A stretch of 64,000 nt of DNA. Source: Rickettsiales bacterium (lineage in GTDB: Bacteria; Pseudomonadota; Alphaproteobacteria; Rickettsiales; UBA1997). Where the stretch lies: positions 3,452 through 67,451 of the forward strand of contig JAIRXW010000025.1 of assembly GCA_031268035.1 (NCBI GenBank), read 5' to 3'. Both the position numbers and the translations under genes were made by a program. Each line of letters opens with the position of its first letter. Within the stretch, counting starts at the first letter, position 1. Below are positions 25,451 through 35,682 of the stretch, piece after piece. The notes under the pieces are model-generated. The model was given only the letters and a program-made list of their open reading frames with translations, ran no database searches and was not told the DNA's origin.

Positions 25451-26041
25451 TTACCTATTGTTCTCTTCCTCCTCTTTAGCTTGTAACTTCTCTATATTAG
25501 CTTGTAACTTCTCTATAGTAACACGTGACTTCTTCTCCTCTTCGGCGTGGGACTTCTCTATATCAGCTAGATACTTCTCTATATCAACTAGAAACTTCGC
25601 CTTAGCATCAGCAACACGTGACTTCTCCTCCTCTTCGGCTTTGGTGTCAATCTCCTTGTTTTCAGGTGGTAGGGGTTCAATGATGATAAATCCTCCTGGT
25701 TTCATGTGTCTAACAACGATCTTCATGTTTCTTTTTAGCATGTCTTCGTCACGGATCCATCTGTTTTCTGGTAGCATGTCTTCGTCAGGGATCCATCTGT
25801 TTTCTGGTAGCATGTTTTCGTCATGGATCCATATCTTTTCTAGTAGTGGTAGCTTTTTTACTGGTGGTAGTGAGATTATAGAAATATCCTGCATTTCTCT
25901 GTTTTCTTGTGATTGGAGTTCAGCAATAGTGCGCTTAATATCGATTACCACATCCGCATCATCTGGATCTTCCTTTGCCAGGCTATTTCTCCCGGTAAGG
26001 GTTGCGAGCAGAGCAAGGATCATAAAAATTGATTTAAACAT
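25451..26041 (-). CDS. secreted acidic repeat protein
   Basis: Start moved to ATG 26041 (aggag 7 nt upstream), giving signal peptide MFKSIFMILALLATLTGRNSLA. There are three 36-bp repeats at 25739-25846 (LPENRWIPDEDM) and IEKLQAN x2 near the C-terminus. Confidence 0.6.
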   Translation of the reverse strand: MFKSIFMILALLATLTGRNSLAKEDPDDADVVIDIKRTIAELQSQENREMQDISIISLPPVKKLPLLEKIWIHDENMLPENRWIPDEDMLPENRWIRDEDMLKRNMKIVVRHMKPGGFIIIEPLPPENKEIDTKAEEEEKSRVADAKAKFLVDIEKYLADIEKSHAEEEKKSRVTIEKLQANIEKLQAKEEEENNR

Positions 26042-26323
26042 TAAGGCTCCTCTATAAATAATTAAATTATATAAAAATATGAACAAGACACAGTAAAAGC
26101 CCACCACGGCCAGAATCGAAAGCATCTAACTATGCTAGGTGGTCAGCACTTGCTCTGGAAAAAGGATAGAATATATTTTTTCTAAGTCAATAGCGCCAAA
26201 CTAGGGGTATTTGAAGAATGATTCTGATTTGGCTCATGATTGGAATGTCTAAAGTTGCAATTTTCTAGAAAAAATTCTAAAGTACTCTAAGATACAAGTT
26301 ATTCCGCACATTATAGAGAGCTG

Positions 26324-28429
26324 GTGAGGTCAGACAAATTAAATTCCCTATTTATGGATATTTCCAGCATAACTGGGATTGGCAAAAGTAGAGTCCAGGT
26401 CTATAGGAAATTATTTTCTAGAAAAATAAAAACCATTGACAACATAGAGCCCAGGGTGCTGGATCTTCTGTTCCATGTGCCCGAAAAAATAGCCTCTAGA
26501 AAATTAGTTGGCTCGGTGAAAGATATCAATGAATTTGATATAATTATAGCTAAACTTGAAGTTTTAACCCATAATCCTCCTCTAAGACCAAAGCAGCCAT
26601 ATACTATTACCTGCTATCTTGGGAATGATTTTATATCGGTTGTTTTCTATAGATTTTTCAAGGATTATGTGGGTAGCAAATTTAAAATTGGTTCTGAGGT
26701 GTTTGTCAGTGGCAAGGTCGAAATGTATAATTCGCAGATCCAGATAGTCCACCCAGACTATGTATGTTCTTCTGTGGACCAGATTCCCATTTTAGAGCCG
26801 ATATATTCTCTAACGAGTGGATTGGCGAATAGAGAGATTTGCAAAAATATGCAATATGCTCTTGAAAGTGTTCCAGATTTGCCGGAATGGTTGGATGCTG
26901 ATATTCTAAGATCTAATGGCTGGTGCGGCTGGAAAAACAGTCTGCTAAATCTCCATAGACCAAAAACTATATTCGATCCTAAAAATTGCGGTTATATAGC
27001 AAGACTGGCCTTCGATGAACTTTTAGCCCAACAGCTAGCGTTGGCTTTGGCTGTGGGTAATAGTATGAGGGAGTCTAACAAAGATCCGCTCCCGGACGGA
27101 GATAGAAAATTGAAAAATAAACTTATGGACGAAATTCTTCCGTTCAAATTAACCAAAGATCAGAGTAGAGCGCTGGATGAGATAGAAAGCGATACGTTCT
27201 CCAGCAGACGTATGATGAGACTACTGCAGGGGGATGTGGGGAGCGGCAAGACCATAGTGGCCTTCATTGCTATGCTTAATTATGTAGAAAATGGTGGGCA
27301 ATGTGTGATAATGGTGCCCACAACCATCCTGGCAGTACAGCATTTTAATAATATGAACACTATCTGCCAACAGTTGTCTATAAATATGGAGCTTCTGACT
27401 AGCAACATCAGGGGTGTCAGGAAAAAGAATATTTTAGGGAGACTAAAGAGCGGAGATATAGATATACTAGTCGGTACTCACGCTATCATAGAGGAGAATA
27501 TAGAATTTAAAAAACTCGCCTTTGTGGTCATAGATGAGCAGCACAGATTTGGCGTGAAGCAGCGTCTAAAACTGGTGGGCAAAAATAAAACCACAGATAT
27601 TCTCACAATGACCGCCACACCAATTCCGCGCACTCTGGCTCTGGTTCTCTACAGTGGTATGAACCTCAGTATTCTGGGCACAAAACCCATCGACAGAAAA
27701 AAAATTATTACGGCGTTGGTTAGCACAGACAAATACAGTGAATTAACTGGAAAGATGAAGGATAAAATTGAAAAAAATGAAAAAATATATTGGATATGCC
27801 CCCTCGTTGAAGAAAATGAAAATACCTATTTATCCGATGTTAGGAGTAAATACGAGGAGTTCTGCGATATTTTTGGAGAATCCAAGGTGGCCCTTATCCA
27901 TGGGAAAATGTCCGAGAAGGAAAAGGATTCGATAATGGAGGAATTTTGCAACTGTGAGGAGGGTAGGGTGCTGGTCTCCACTACGGTGATAGAGGTGGGC
28001 ATTGATGTGAAAGACGCGACGGTTATAGTTATAGAATATCCGGAGCGCTTCGGCCTGTCACAGCTGCATCAACTTAGGGGCAGAGTGGGGCGTGGTGTCA
28101 AACAATCCTACTGTGTACTTCTCTATAGTAGTGCCAGATGCTCCAAAAATGCCCTGGAAAGATTAAACACCATACGTTCCACAGATGATGGGTTCACCAT
28201 AGCTGAAAAGGATCTTAAAATCAGAGGGATAGGAGAGGTTGTGGGGGATAGGCAAAGCGGTATGCATGACTACATATTTGCCGACCTTGGCAGAGACTTC
28301 CACCTTCTAGAAAGGGCGATAGATCTTGCCAAAACAATTTGGAGAGAGGGAAGGGCGGCAGACTACAGTAATCTCCTACACCTATTTGGCTATGTCAATT
28401 GCCTGGGAGATACGGCGTTGCTTAACTAG
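26324..28429 (+). CDS. recG: ATP-dependent DNA helicase RecG
   Basis: OB wedge-type N-terminus, helicase motifs LQGDVGSGKT, DEQHRFGV, TATPIPRT and QLHQLRGRVGRG, and a TRG-like C-terminus. Confidence 0.9.
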   Translation: MRSDKLNSLFMDISSITGIGKSRVQVYRKLFSRKIKTIDNIEPRVLDLLFHVPEKIASRKLVGSVKDINEFDIIIAKLEVLTHNPPLRPKQPYTITCYLGNDFISVVFYRFFKDYVGSKFKIGSEVFVSGKVEMYNSQIQIVHPDYVCSSVDQIPILEPIYSLTSGLANREICKNMQYALESVPDLPEWLDADILRSNGWCGWKNSLLNLHRPKTIFDPKNCGYIARLAFDELLAQQLALALAVGNSMRESNKDPLPDGDRKLKNKLMDEILPFKLTKDQSRALDEIESDTFSSRRMMRLLQGDVGSGKTIVAFIAMLNYVENGGQCVIMVPTTILAVQHFNNMNTICQQLSINMELLTSNIRGVRKKNILGRLKSGDIDILVGTHAIIEENIEFKKLAFVVIDEQHRFGVKQRLKLVGKNKTTDILTMTATPIPRTLALVLYSGMNLSILGTKPIDRKKIITALVSTDKYSELTGKMKDKIEKNEKIYWICPLVEENENTYLSDVRSKYEEFCDIFGESKVALIHGKMSEKEKDSIMEEFCNCEEGRVLVSTTVIEVGIDVKDATVIVIEYPERFGLSQLHQLRGRVGRGVKQSYCVLLYSSARCSKNALERLNTIRSTDDGFTIAEKDLKIRGIGEVVGDRQSGMHDYIFADLGRDFHLLERAIDLAKTIWREGRAADYSNLLHLFGYVNCLGDTALLN

Positions 28430-28482
28430 ATTCAGATGTGCCTGTGGCTAGGTGACAACAGTGGAGATTCCTTTGGAATCCC

Positions 28483-28567
28483 TGGTGCGGCCAAGAGGAC
28501 TTGAACCTCCACCTCTCTCGAGACAACGACCTCAACGTTGTGTGTATACCAATTTCACCATGACCGC
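28483..28567 (-). tRNA. tRNA-Leu (anticodon GAG), 85 nt, CCA encoded
   Basis: The reverse complement is GCGGTCA-TG-GTGAAATTGGTATACAC-A-CAACG-TTGAGGT-CGTTG-(13-nt variable arm)-GGAGG-TTCAAGT-CCTCT-TGGCCGC-A-CCA. All stems pair, with G-U pairs in the acceptor and T stems. Confidence 0.85.
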
Positions 28568-28914
28568 GCTAGCGGACAGATGTTATGAAAATTTTTTAAG
28601 AAAACAATCCGTTAGATTTTTTCCAAAAATGTCCTACCCGTGTAAAATTACACCTCCACGATTCCAAATCTCTCGGGGTATTTTTTATACATATGTTTCT
28701 ATTCCAGATTTCAGGGGGATTAGAATTCCCATTAATTTTTCTTTCGTCAGTTTATCTTCGATGCTAATTTCTTTTTTGCCGCCCAGTGTGTCGGGCAACA
28801 TTCATTTTTTCTCCGGGTGAGTTTGTTCCATTCTAAATTTGCTTTAACTTTGAATTAAATATTCTAAAATGTGAACCAATTGAGTTTTTGATAAACTAAT
28901 GATTGGGGTAATGG

Positions 28915-30948
28915 CTAGTGTTCCTTCGGATTGTCGAAATCCATTATAATATCATCTCTATTAATTAGATCATTACATTTTTTGTAGATTTTTTTAATTT
29001 TTAGATTAAAATCACTCCGTAGAATATTTTCCATTTTCATAGCCTCCACGGAACAGAGTTCAGCGCCAGCTAGGATATTTTCCCCTTCGCTGACCTTTAT
29101 TCTAACTATTCTGCCCGCTATGGGTGATTTCAGAGAGGTTGGCAGAGTATTTTTTGTGTGTGCCTTTGGCATAAATTGTTCCAGTTCAGAAATTCTGGTG
29201 TTTCTCACTGAAACATTTACAAGTGAGCCCATATACTGGAACACATAATTACCCGCATAGTCATCCGCTATAATTTTAATGTTTATCTGTTTGCCATTGA
29301 CGGTGCCTCTAAAAACGCTGTCGCCATATTGCCAGGCTGTGAATAGGGAATTATAGCCAGAATCATAGCCTAAATTAAGATAGCCATCATTGGAATCTAG
29401 TATGTTGGCAAGAACTTTTTTTTCACCGATGCCCACAACCCAGCGGGTGTTGAATTTTTTTCTTGGACCAATGAGGCCCCCTGTGATACTGTTGACTCTC
29501 TTTTGGTAATTTATAAACATGTAAAGTGCCACACTTATCAGTGGATCCTTATGTTTTAGATCTAGTTCGCTGTGGCCAAAACCCGATGAAAATTCCTGCT
29601 TAATAAAATTGGTGTTTATGTCTCCTCTTTTAAATCTGTCGTTGTAGACTATTGCCTCTAAAAATCCCATATTATGGGCTATCCCATCTATATAGAAACT
29701 GCCGAGGGCAGCCTGCATTTTTTCTAGGCAGTCATTCCTATTTTTCCCACGGGTGAGTAACTTGCATATCATGCTGTCGTAGAATGTGGTGACCTCATAG
29801 CCCTCGTAGACGCCACTGTCAACCCTAGTATTTTCTACCGAGAGAGGTTCTACGTATTTATTTATCCTTCCGGAGGAGGGCAAAAAGTCTCTCGAGGGGT
29901 CTTCGGAGCAGATTCTGCTTTCCATGGCCCAGCCATTTAGTACTATATCTTCCTGTCTAAAGGGCAATTTTTCTCCTCGGGCGATTCTAATCATGAGTTC
30001 GACTATGTCTAAACCCGTTAGCAGCTCTGTTACGCCGTGTTCGACCTGCAGTCGAGTGTTCATCTCAAGAAAATAGAATTTTTTGCTCGAATCGATCATA
30101 AATTCTGCTGTTCCAGCGGAACTATAGCCAACTTCTCTGCAGAGAGAAATTACCTGTTTGTATATTTTATGCCTGAGTTTCTCGTCCATAATGGGACTTG
30201 GGGACTCCTCCATAATTTTTTGATTGTTCCTTTGGATTGAACACTCCCTGTCTCCGAGACAGACAATGTTTCCGTATTTATCAGCTATAATCTGTATTTC
30301 TATATGTCTCGGATTTTGGATATATTTTTCTATAAATACTCTTCTGTCCCCAAAACTATTTTGGGCTTCGTTCATAGCTATTTCGAATGCCTCTTCGACG
30401 TTGTTTAGATCGTCAATCATTCTGATGCCCTTCCCACCACCACCGGCGGTGGCCTTTATCATAATTGGCAAACCTACTTTTTTAGCTATTTTTATCGCTT
30501 CGATTGAATTAGAAATTATTCCATCATGGCCCGGCACAGTGCTGACTCCGGCCTTTTTGGCGATCCTTTTGGATTCAATCTTATCTCCCATCTTGGCTAT
30601 GGCGTTAGTCGGCGGGCCAACGAAAATTATTTTCTCCATTTCCAGAGCGGCGGCGAATTTGGTGTTTTCAGATAAAAAACCATAGCCTGGATGCACATAG
30701 GTAGCTCCAGTTTTCTTAGCTATGTTAATTATCTTTGCAGCGTTAAGATAGCTTTCGGACGGGGAAGGCCCTCCCAACAGAAAAGCTTCGTCGGCCATCT
30801 GAACGTGCTTGGAGTTTGAATCGACATCCGAGTAAATTGCTACGGTTGTGATGCCCATGTTTTTCGCAGTTTTTATGATTCTGCAGGCTATTTCTCCGCG
30901 GTTGGCTATCAGTAATTTTTCTTTTACGCCGAAGAGATTGTTATTCAT
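28915..30948 (-). CDS. pccA: biotin-dependent acyl-CoA carboxylase alpha subunit (propionyl-CoA carboxylase-type: biotin carboxylase + BCCP)
   Basis: KLLIANRGEIACRIIKT, the ATP-grasp GGGGKGIR, EMNTRLQVEH and the C-terminal biotinylation site EAMKMEN. I prefer the start at MNNNLFGV (30948) over the track start at 31011. No beta-subunit gene is adjacent. Confidence 0.8.
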   Translation of the reverse strand: MNNNLFGVKEKLLIANRGEIACRIIKTAKNMGITTVAIYSDVDSNSKHVQMADEAFLLGGPSPSESYLNAAKIINIAKKTGATYVHPGYGFLSENTKFAAALEMEKIIFVGPPTNAIAKMGDKIESKRIAKKAGVSTVPGHDGIISNSIEAIKIAKKVGLPIMIKATAGGGGKGIRMIDDLNNVEEAFEIAMNEAQNSFGDRRVFIEKYIQNPRHIEIQIIADKYGNIVCLGDRECSIQRNNQKIMEESPSPIMDEKLRHKIYKQVISLCREVGYSSAGTAEFMIDSSKKFYFLEMNTRLQVEHGVTELLTGLDIVELMIRIARGEKLPFRQEDIVLNGWAMESRICSEDPSRDFLPSSGRINKYVEPLSVENTRVDSGVYEGYEVTTFYDSMICKLLTRGKNRNDCLEKMQAALGSFYIDGIAHNMGFLEAIVYNDRFKRGDINTNFIKQEFSSGFGHSELDLKHKDPLISVALYMFINYQKRVNSITGGLIGPRKKFNTRWVVGIGEKKVLANILDSNDGYLNLGYDSGYNSLFTAWQYGDSVFRGTVNGKQINIKIIADDYAGNYVFQYMGSLVNVSVRNTRISELEQFMPKAHTKNTLPTSLKSPIAGRIVRIKVSEGENILAGAELCSVEAMKMENILRSDFNLKIKKIYKKCNDLINRDDIIMDFDNPKEH

Positions 30949-31117
30949 ACTGATCCATTGGTAAATGTACGGAGTCATTCTACAGCATTTCACTTCTAAA
31001 TCAACTGACATTATCTTGGGCTAGGGTGAGTCGCCTAGCTCCATATTTTTCTAAGTATTTTAGAGCCTATTCACGTACATTTTTATTTTAAATATTGCGG
31101 AAGTTGCGGGACGGAAA

Positions 31118-32584
31118 TTACCTATTTTTTTCGATGAAAAGTCCAGCATTTAGAATTGTCTGTTCGTCAAAATGTTTTCCTATCAACTGTATACCTATTG
31201 GTAAATTTTTAGTATCAAATCCAATGGGCACAACTAGACCCGGCAGCCCCACCATATTAACTGGGCAAATAAAAAGATCATTGAGATAATTTGACTCCAG
31301 ATTCTTTTGTCTTTCAATTTCTGTTAAATCGAACGGAAAGGCTGTCTGCGGCGTGGCCGGAGTCAAAATAAAGGATACCTGGGAGAGACCCCCGAGGAGT
31401 TCATTGGCCAATTTTCTTCTAACTTTCTGGGCTTTCAGAAAATATTTTTCATAGTTCTCGGAGGACGAGAAAAAGTAACCTAGCAGAATTCTTTTCTTGA
31501 TATTGTCGCAGAATCCCTCGGATCTAGATTTAATATATAAATCTTCCAGAGATTTTAATTTTTCCTGGGATCTGTGGCCGTATCTAACGCCGTCGTAGCG
31601 AGCTAGATTTGAGGCTAATTCTGTGTAGGAGAGAACTATATACAGTTCCGACATATAGTCTATGGTTGGAATAGATATTTCCACTATTTCGTTGCCCTCC
31701 TGTCGGAACATGTCGAGGGTTCTATAGAATCTATCGTAGATGTCTCTGCTGACCTTGCTCTCCAGCCCAAAAAATTGTCTAATCACACCAATTTTGCCAA
31801 ATTTGCCGACTGTTCTGAGATTGCTGTAGAAATTTGTAGGTTCGCACCTGCAGCTGGTCGAATCTTTCTCGTCATAGCCACAGAGTATATCCATGAGGTA
31901 TGCTGTATCTTCGATATTTTTCGCCAGTGTTCCGGCCTGGTCAAGGGAACTTGCGTAGGCGATGGAGCCGTATCTAGATATCCTTCCGTAGGTTGGTTTG
32001 AGGCCAACAAGATTACATAGTGCCGCCGGTTGGCGCACGGATCCCCCTGTGTCACTTCCCATGGCCGCCAGGCATAGATTGCCCGCTACGGCGGCGGAGG
32101 AGCCGCCAGAACTGCCTCCCGGAGTCAGGTATCTATCATCTCCCAGAGTTCTATAGGGGTTTACAGATGGTCCAAAACAACTGGTACCAGTTGTTGAGCC
32201 ACAGGTGAATTCGTCGGTATTTGTTTTGCCCAGCATCAGGTAATTTTCACTGGCCAATTTCTGGGTGACTGTTGATTCGTAGGGGGGAACAAAATTTCCT
32301 AGAATTTTAGAACATGCCGTTGTTCTTATACCCCTGGTACAAAAAACGTCTTTAATCCCCATGGGGAGACCCTCTAGTTTTTTGGCCGTTCCTCTAGCTA
32401 TATTGAGGTCGGATATCTTTGCTTTATCCCGGGCTAGATCAAAGGTGTCCAGAATAAAGGCATTGAGATACCTGTTGTTCTCTATATTATCTATAAAAGC
32501 ATCTACCAGTTCGATGCTCTTTATTTCTTTTGTTAAAAGTTTGTTTCTAGCCTCTAGCAAAGTTAATTTAGTTAATTCCGACAT
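31118..32584 (-). CDS. gatA: Glu-tRNA(Gln)/Asp-tRNA(Asn) amidotransferase subunit A
   Basis: Amidase signature GGSSGGSSAAVA...GSDTGGSVRQPA, and position directly after gatC. Confidence 0.95.
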   Translation of the reverse strand: MSELTKLTLLEARNKLLTKEIKSIELVDAFIDNIENNRYLNAFILDTFDLARDKAKISDLNIARGTAKKLEGLPMGIKDVFCTRGIRTTACSKILGNFVPPYESTVTQKLASENYLMLGKTNTDEFTCGSTTGTSCFGPSVNPYRTLGDDRYLTPGGSSGGSSAAVAGNLCLAAMGSDTGGSVRQPAALCNLVGLKPTYGRISRYGSIAYASSLDQAGTLAKNIEDTAYLMDILCGYDEKDSTSCRCEPTNFYSNLRTVGKFGKIGVIRQFFGLESKVSRDIYDRFYRTLDMFRQEGNEIVEISIPTIDYMSELYIVLSYTELASNLARYDGVRYGHRSQEKLKSLEDLYIKSRSEGFCDNIKKRILLGYFFSSSENYEKYFLKAQKVRRKLANELLGGLSQVSFILTPATPQTAFPFDLTEIERQKNLESNYLNDLFICPVNMVGLPGLVVPIGFDTKNLPIGIQLIGKHFDEQTILNAGLFIEKNR

Positions 32585-32589
32585 TTTTT

Positions 32590-32874
32590 CTAACTCTCTA
32601 TAATTTTTGGAACAACAAAATACCCCGCCACAGTGCCGGGAGAATGTGTTAAAATTTCGTCTCTAAGATTTCCGTCAGATACCATATCTCTGTGTAGTTC
32701 TAGCGCCTCGTCATAGGGGCTGGTCAACGGCTCCAGGCCCTCGGTGTCAATATCATTTAGGGTTTTCACATCCGTTATGTCCAGGTTCACCATGGCCAGC
32801 ATTTTATCCTCCACGTTTTCCTGAATTTCTATCATGGCCAATTTCCCAAGTTTTTGTAATTTTTTTTTATCCAT
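32590..32874 (-). CDS. gatC: amidotransferase subunit C
   Basis: 94 aa, ...LAMIEI.E......M.......V..L..IDT.G.EP...... LR.D...., immediately upstream of gatA. Confidence 0.85.
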   Translation of the reverse strand: MDKKKLQKLGKLAMIEIQENVEDKMLAMVNLDITDVKTLNDIDTEGLEPLTSPYDEALELHRDMVSDGNLRDEILTHSPGTVAGYFVVPKIIES

Positions 32875-33154
32875 TTTATAATAGCACTTTGATTAAAAAG
32901 ATATAAATACTCGTACTTTAGTACGAACACGCTAGTTTTTTGATTCTAAAAAGCAATCCTGTTAGGAATTATTTGATACCTGTGTTTCAGATGTGAACTG
33001 GTTTTTTCGACCTACTCTGGACATATTGACATTCTCTGGAATCTGGGAAAGTATTTATTTTATTGATTTTTCGCTCCTGATATCCTGTTCTGGGGCGCTG
33101 GGGGGATTCAGAAAAATAATGCATTGGAAGATGAAAGCGTTTTTTCAAATAAAT

Positions 33155-33183
33155 GTTGACTTTAGTGTTTTAGAAAATAACAA
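33155..33183 (+). promoter_or_regulatory. possible promoter for the rplP-led ribosomal protein operon
   Basis: TTGACT (33155-33160), 17 nt, AACAAT (33178-33183). The -10 element is weak, and it sits 43 nt upstream of the rplP ATG. Confidence 0.25.
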
Positions 33184-33225
33184 TATTGCCCATATGACTA
33201 GGTTAGGTGCTGTTGCATAGAGGAT

Positions 33226-33639
33226 ATGCTTTTACCCAAAAAGACGAAACATAGGAATTTACAAAAGGGTGGTAAACTTATACGAGGAGTGGCCGATGCT
33301 GGGTCAAGACTTGTTTTTGGAGTTTTTGGCCTAAAGGCCGCTGTGCCAGGAAGGCTGAAATCCAACCAAATAGAGGCCGCGAGAAGATGTATAACGAGGA
33401 CCATGAAAAGGGCTGGAAAGATGTGGATAAGAGTTTTCCCCCAGAACCCAGTCACTGGCAAGGCGCTAGGTGTAAGAATGGGTGGTGGTAAGGGAGCTAT
33501 AAATTATTGGATGTGCAGGGTGCGCCCAGGTCTCGTTCTGTTCGAACTAGATGGGGTCCCCGATGATGTAGCCGTGGAAGCTCTGGGAAAGGCTGCAACT
33601 AAGTTGTCATTTAAAACCAGAGTTATTAAACTCGTTTAG
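33226..33639 (+). CDS. rplP: 50S ribosomal protein L16
   Basis: [14 protein letters not shown]...G.A..G..L.FG.FGLKA...R....QIEAARR. Confidence 0.95.
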   Translation: MLLPKKTKHRNLQKGGKLIRGVADAGSRLVFGVFGLKAAVPGRLKSNQIEAARRCITRTMKRAGKMWIRVFPQNPVTGKALGVRMGGGKGAINYWMCRVRPGLVLFELDGVPDDVAVEALGKAATKLSFKTRVIKLV

Positions 33640-33655
33640 TGTTGGTGGAGTTGTA

Positions 33656-33865
33656 ATGTCAAAAAATGTAGAGACGATTGCCCAGGGGAGCGAAAAAGAG
33701 CTGAGGGAAAGTATTGTGGAAGCTAAAAAAAAGCTATTGTCGTTTCGCCTAGGAAAGAATAGTGGAGAATTCAAAGATCTTTCTGTTTTTAAAAAAACAA
33801 GGAAGAGTGTGGCGAGATTGTTCACTAGATTAAATGAGCGAGGTGGTAGAGATGGCTCAAAATAA
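33656..33865 (+). CDS. rpmC: 50S ribosomal protein L29
   Basis: Size and position after rplP, plus the L.E.....K..L..FR pattern. Confidence 0.85.
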   Translation: MSKNVETIAQGSEKELRESIVEAKKKLLSFRLGKNSGEFKDLSVFKKTRKSVARLFTRLNERGGRDGSK

Positions 33866-34148
33866 CATCAGGGTTAAGATAGTGAGAAAGGCCGGGGATA
33901 AAACTGTGGTTGGCGAGACATTTAATCTTAGGCAACACAGAAAGTACAAAAAGTACATTAGAGTGGTTAAGAGGTATCTGATTCACGATGAAAATAATTC
34001 TGTCAGTGTGGGAGACGAGGTATTTATAAAATCCTCCAGGCCGATTTCAAAGAGAAAAACCTGGGTTCTTATGGATAAAAACGAAAATACTGCTGTTGCC
34101 ACTGCCGCTGCCATTGCAACTGCTGATGATGGGGAGGAAAACCTATGA
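33852..34148 (+). CDS. rpsQ: 30S ribosomal protein S17 (short Ala/Asp/Glu C-terminal tail)
   Basis: [21 protein letters not shown]....[10 protein letters not shown]...VGDEV.I...RPISKRKTW. Start at ATG 33852 (or 33834). Confidence 0.9.
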   Translation: MAQNNIRVKIVRKAGDKTVVGETFNLRQHRKYKKYIRVVKRYLIHDENNSVSVGDEVFIKSSRPISKRKTWVLMDKNENTAVATAAAIATADDGEENL

Positions 34149-34513
34149 TTCAAATGGAAACGACTTTAGATGTGACAGACAATTCCGGTGCGAAGAAGGC
34201 AAAATGCATTAAAGTTTTGGGTGGCTCTAGGCGTATGGTTACTGGAATAGCTGATGTGATCGTTGTGTCTGTGACGGATGTGGTTCCCGGAGGAAAGATA
34301 AAAAAAGGAGAGGTGGCCATGGGCGTGATAGTTAGAACTAAAAAGGAAACTCAGCGTATAGATGGAAGTACCATCAGATTTGATGATAATGCTATAGTGT
34401 TGATAAATAAAGATAGAACTCCAGTGGGCACCAGAGTTTTTGGTCCGGTGGCAAGAGAATTAAGGGGCGGCAGTTTCACAAAAATATTATCATTAGCGCC
34501 GGAGGTACTCTAG
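34145..34513 (+). CDS. rplN: 50S ribosomal protein L14
   Basis: [26 protein letters not shown]... Confidence 0.95.
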   Translation: MIQMETTLDVTDNSGAKKAKCIKVLGGSRRMVTGIADVIVVSVTDVVPGGKIKKGEVAMGVIVRTKKETQRIDGSTIRFDDNAIVLINKDRTPVGTRVFGPVARELRGGSFTKILSLAPEVL

Positions 34514-34514
34514 T

Positions 34515-34823
34515 ATGGCGGCAAAGATTAGAAAGGGCGACAGGGTTATAGTGATAGCTGGCAAGGATAGAGGCAAGGCCGGGGAAGTTCTATTGGTTTT
34601 GCCGAAAAAAGAAAGGGTATTGGTTTCTGGGGTTAATCTTGTTAAAAAACACAGAAAACCAACCACAGACTCTCCCGGTCGAATTGTTAGTTTTGAGAAG
34701 CCGGTGCACATATCAAATGTTTCTCTGATGGAGAATGGAAAGGCGGCGAGAGTCGGCTTTGAAATTGAAGATGGCAAAAAATTCAGGGTTTTTAAGAGAA
34801 ATAACCATAGGGTGGATGGGTAA
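34515..34823 (+). CDS. rplX: 50S ribosomal protein L24
   Basis: [23 protein letters not shown] (KOW motif). Confidence 0.95.
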   Translation: MAAKIRKGDRVIVIAGKDRGKAGEVLLVLPKKERVLVSGVNLVKKHRKPTTDSPGRIVSFEKPVHISNVSLMENGKAARVGFEIEDGKKFRVFKRNNHRVDG

Positions 34824-34824
34824 T

Positions 34825-35361
34825 ATGTCTTTTTTAGAGGATTTATATAGGAGCGACATTAGGGGGAAGTTGAAGGAAACTTTCAACTATAAAAATGATC
34901 TCGAGATTCCTAGACTGCTGAAGACTTCGTTGAACATAGCATTTAAGAGTACAGATGCGGACGGTACCTTTCTCAAGTATGTGGTGGATCAACTGACAAC
35001 TCTGGCTGGGCAGCGGGCAATTCTTATTAATGCTAGGAAATCCATATCGACCTTCAAGCTGAGGGAGGCGACCCCCATAGCTTGCGCGGTTACCCTTCGG
35101 AAAAAGAAAATGTATGAGTTTTTAACCAGGCTGGTCTATGTGGCTCTGCCGAGAATTAGGGATTTTAGAGGTCTGTCCTCCAAAGGCTTTAATCAGAGTG
35201 GTCACTACAGTTTTGGTATAAAGGAATTCACGATTTTCCCAGAAATAGATCTGGACAAGGCCTATAAGGTTTTAGGTATGAATATTAACATAGTGACGAG
35301 TGCTAGGACAGTGGAAGAAAGTAAGATGCTTCTTCTAGGATTAAATTTTCCCTTAAAGTAG
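34825..35361 (+). CDS. rplE: 50S ribosomal protein L5
   Basis: Start at ATG 34825 (MSFLEDLYRSDIR..); the track ORF starts upstream inside rplX. ALPRIRDFRGLS..FD..G.YSFGI.E...FPEI. Confidence 0.95.
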   Translation: MSFLEDLYRSDIRGKLKETFNYKNDLEIPRLLKTSLNIAFKSTDADGTFLKYVVDQLTTLAGQRAILINARKSISTFKLREATPIACAVTLRKKKMYEFLTRLVYVALPRIRDFRGLSSKGFNQSGHYSFGIKEFTIFPEIDLDKAYKVLGMNINIVTSARTVEESKMLLLGLNFPLK

Positions 35362-35370
35362 GAGAGTAAT

Positions 35371-35676
35371 ATGGCGACAGTTAGTGCAATAGATAAAAAT
35401 AAGAAAAGAAAGGAGAAAATTGCGAGGTTTGCCGCTAAAAGGGCGAAGCTCAAGATGATTTCAGAGGACGAGAGTCTATCGTCGGAGGTCAGAGTTGGGG
35501 CTATGATAAAGCTCTCTGAACTTCCGAGAAATTCATCGAAGGGAAGATATAGAAATAGGTGTGAGCTTACCGGTAGACCCAGGGCCTACCACGGTTATTT
35601 TGGAATATCGAGAATTATGTTGAGAAAATTAGCTTTTCAGGGCAGGGTTCCCGGATTAAAAAAGTCAAGTTGGTAG
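35371..35676 (+). CDS. rpsN: 30S ribosomal protein S14
   Basis: ...LP.NSS..R.RNRC.LTGRPR.Y...FG.SR...R.LA..G..PG..KSSW. Confidence 0.95.
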   Translation: MATVSAIDKNKKRKEKIARFAAKRAKLKMISEDESLSSEVRVGAMIKLSELPRNSSKGRYRNRCELTGRPRAYHGYFGISRIMLRKLAFQGRVPGLKKSSW

Positions 35677-35682
35677 GAATAT

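Noticed and set aside
28452-28820. 122-aa plus-strand ORF after recG.
   Set aside because: Its first third is the antisense strand of tRNA-Leu(GAG). No motif or RBS is present.
30037-30685. Plus-strand ORFs 30037-30240 and 30224-30685.
   Set aside because: They are antisense to the well-conserved biotin carboxylase domain and are shadow ORFs.
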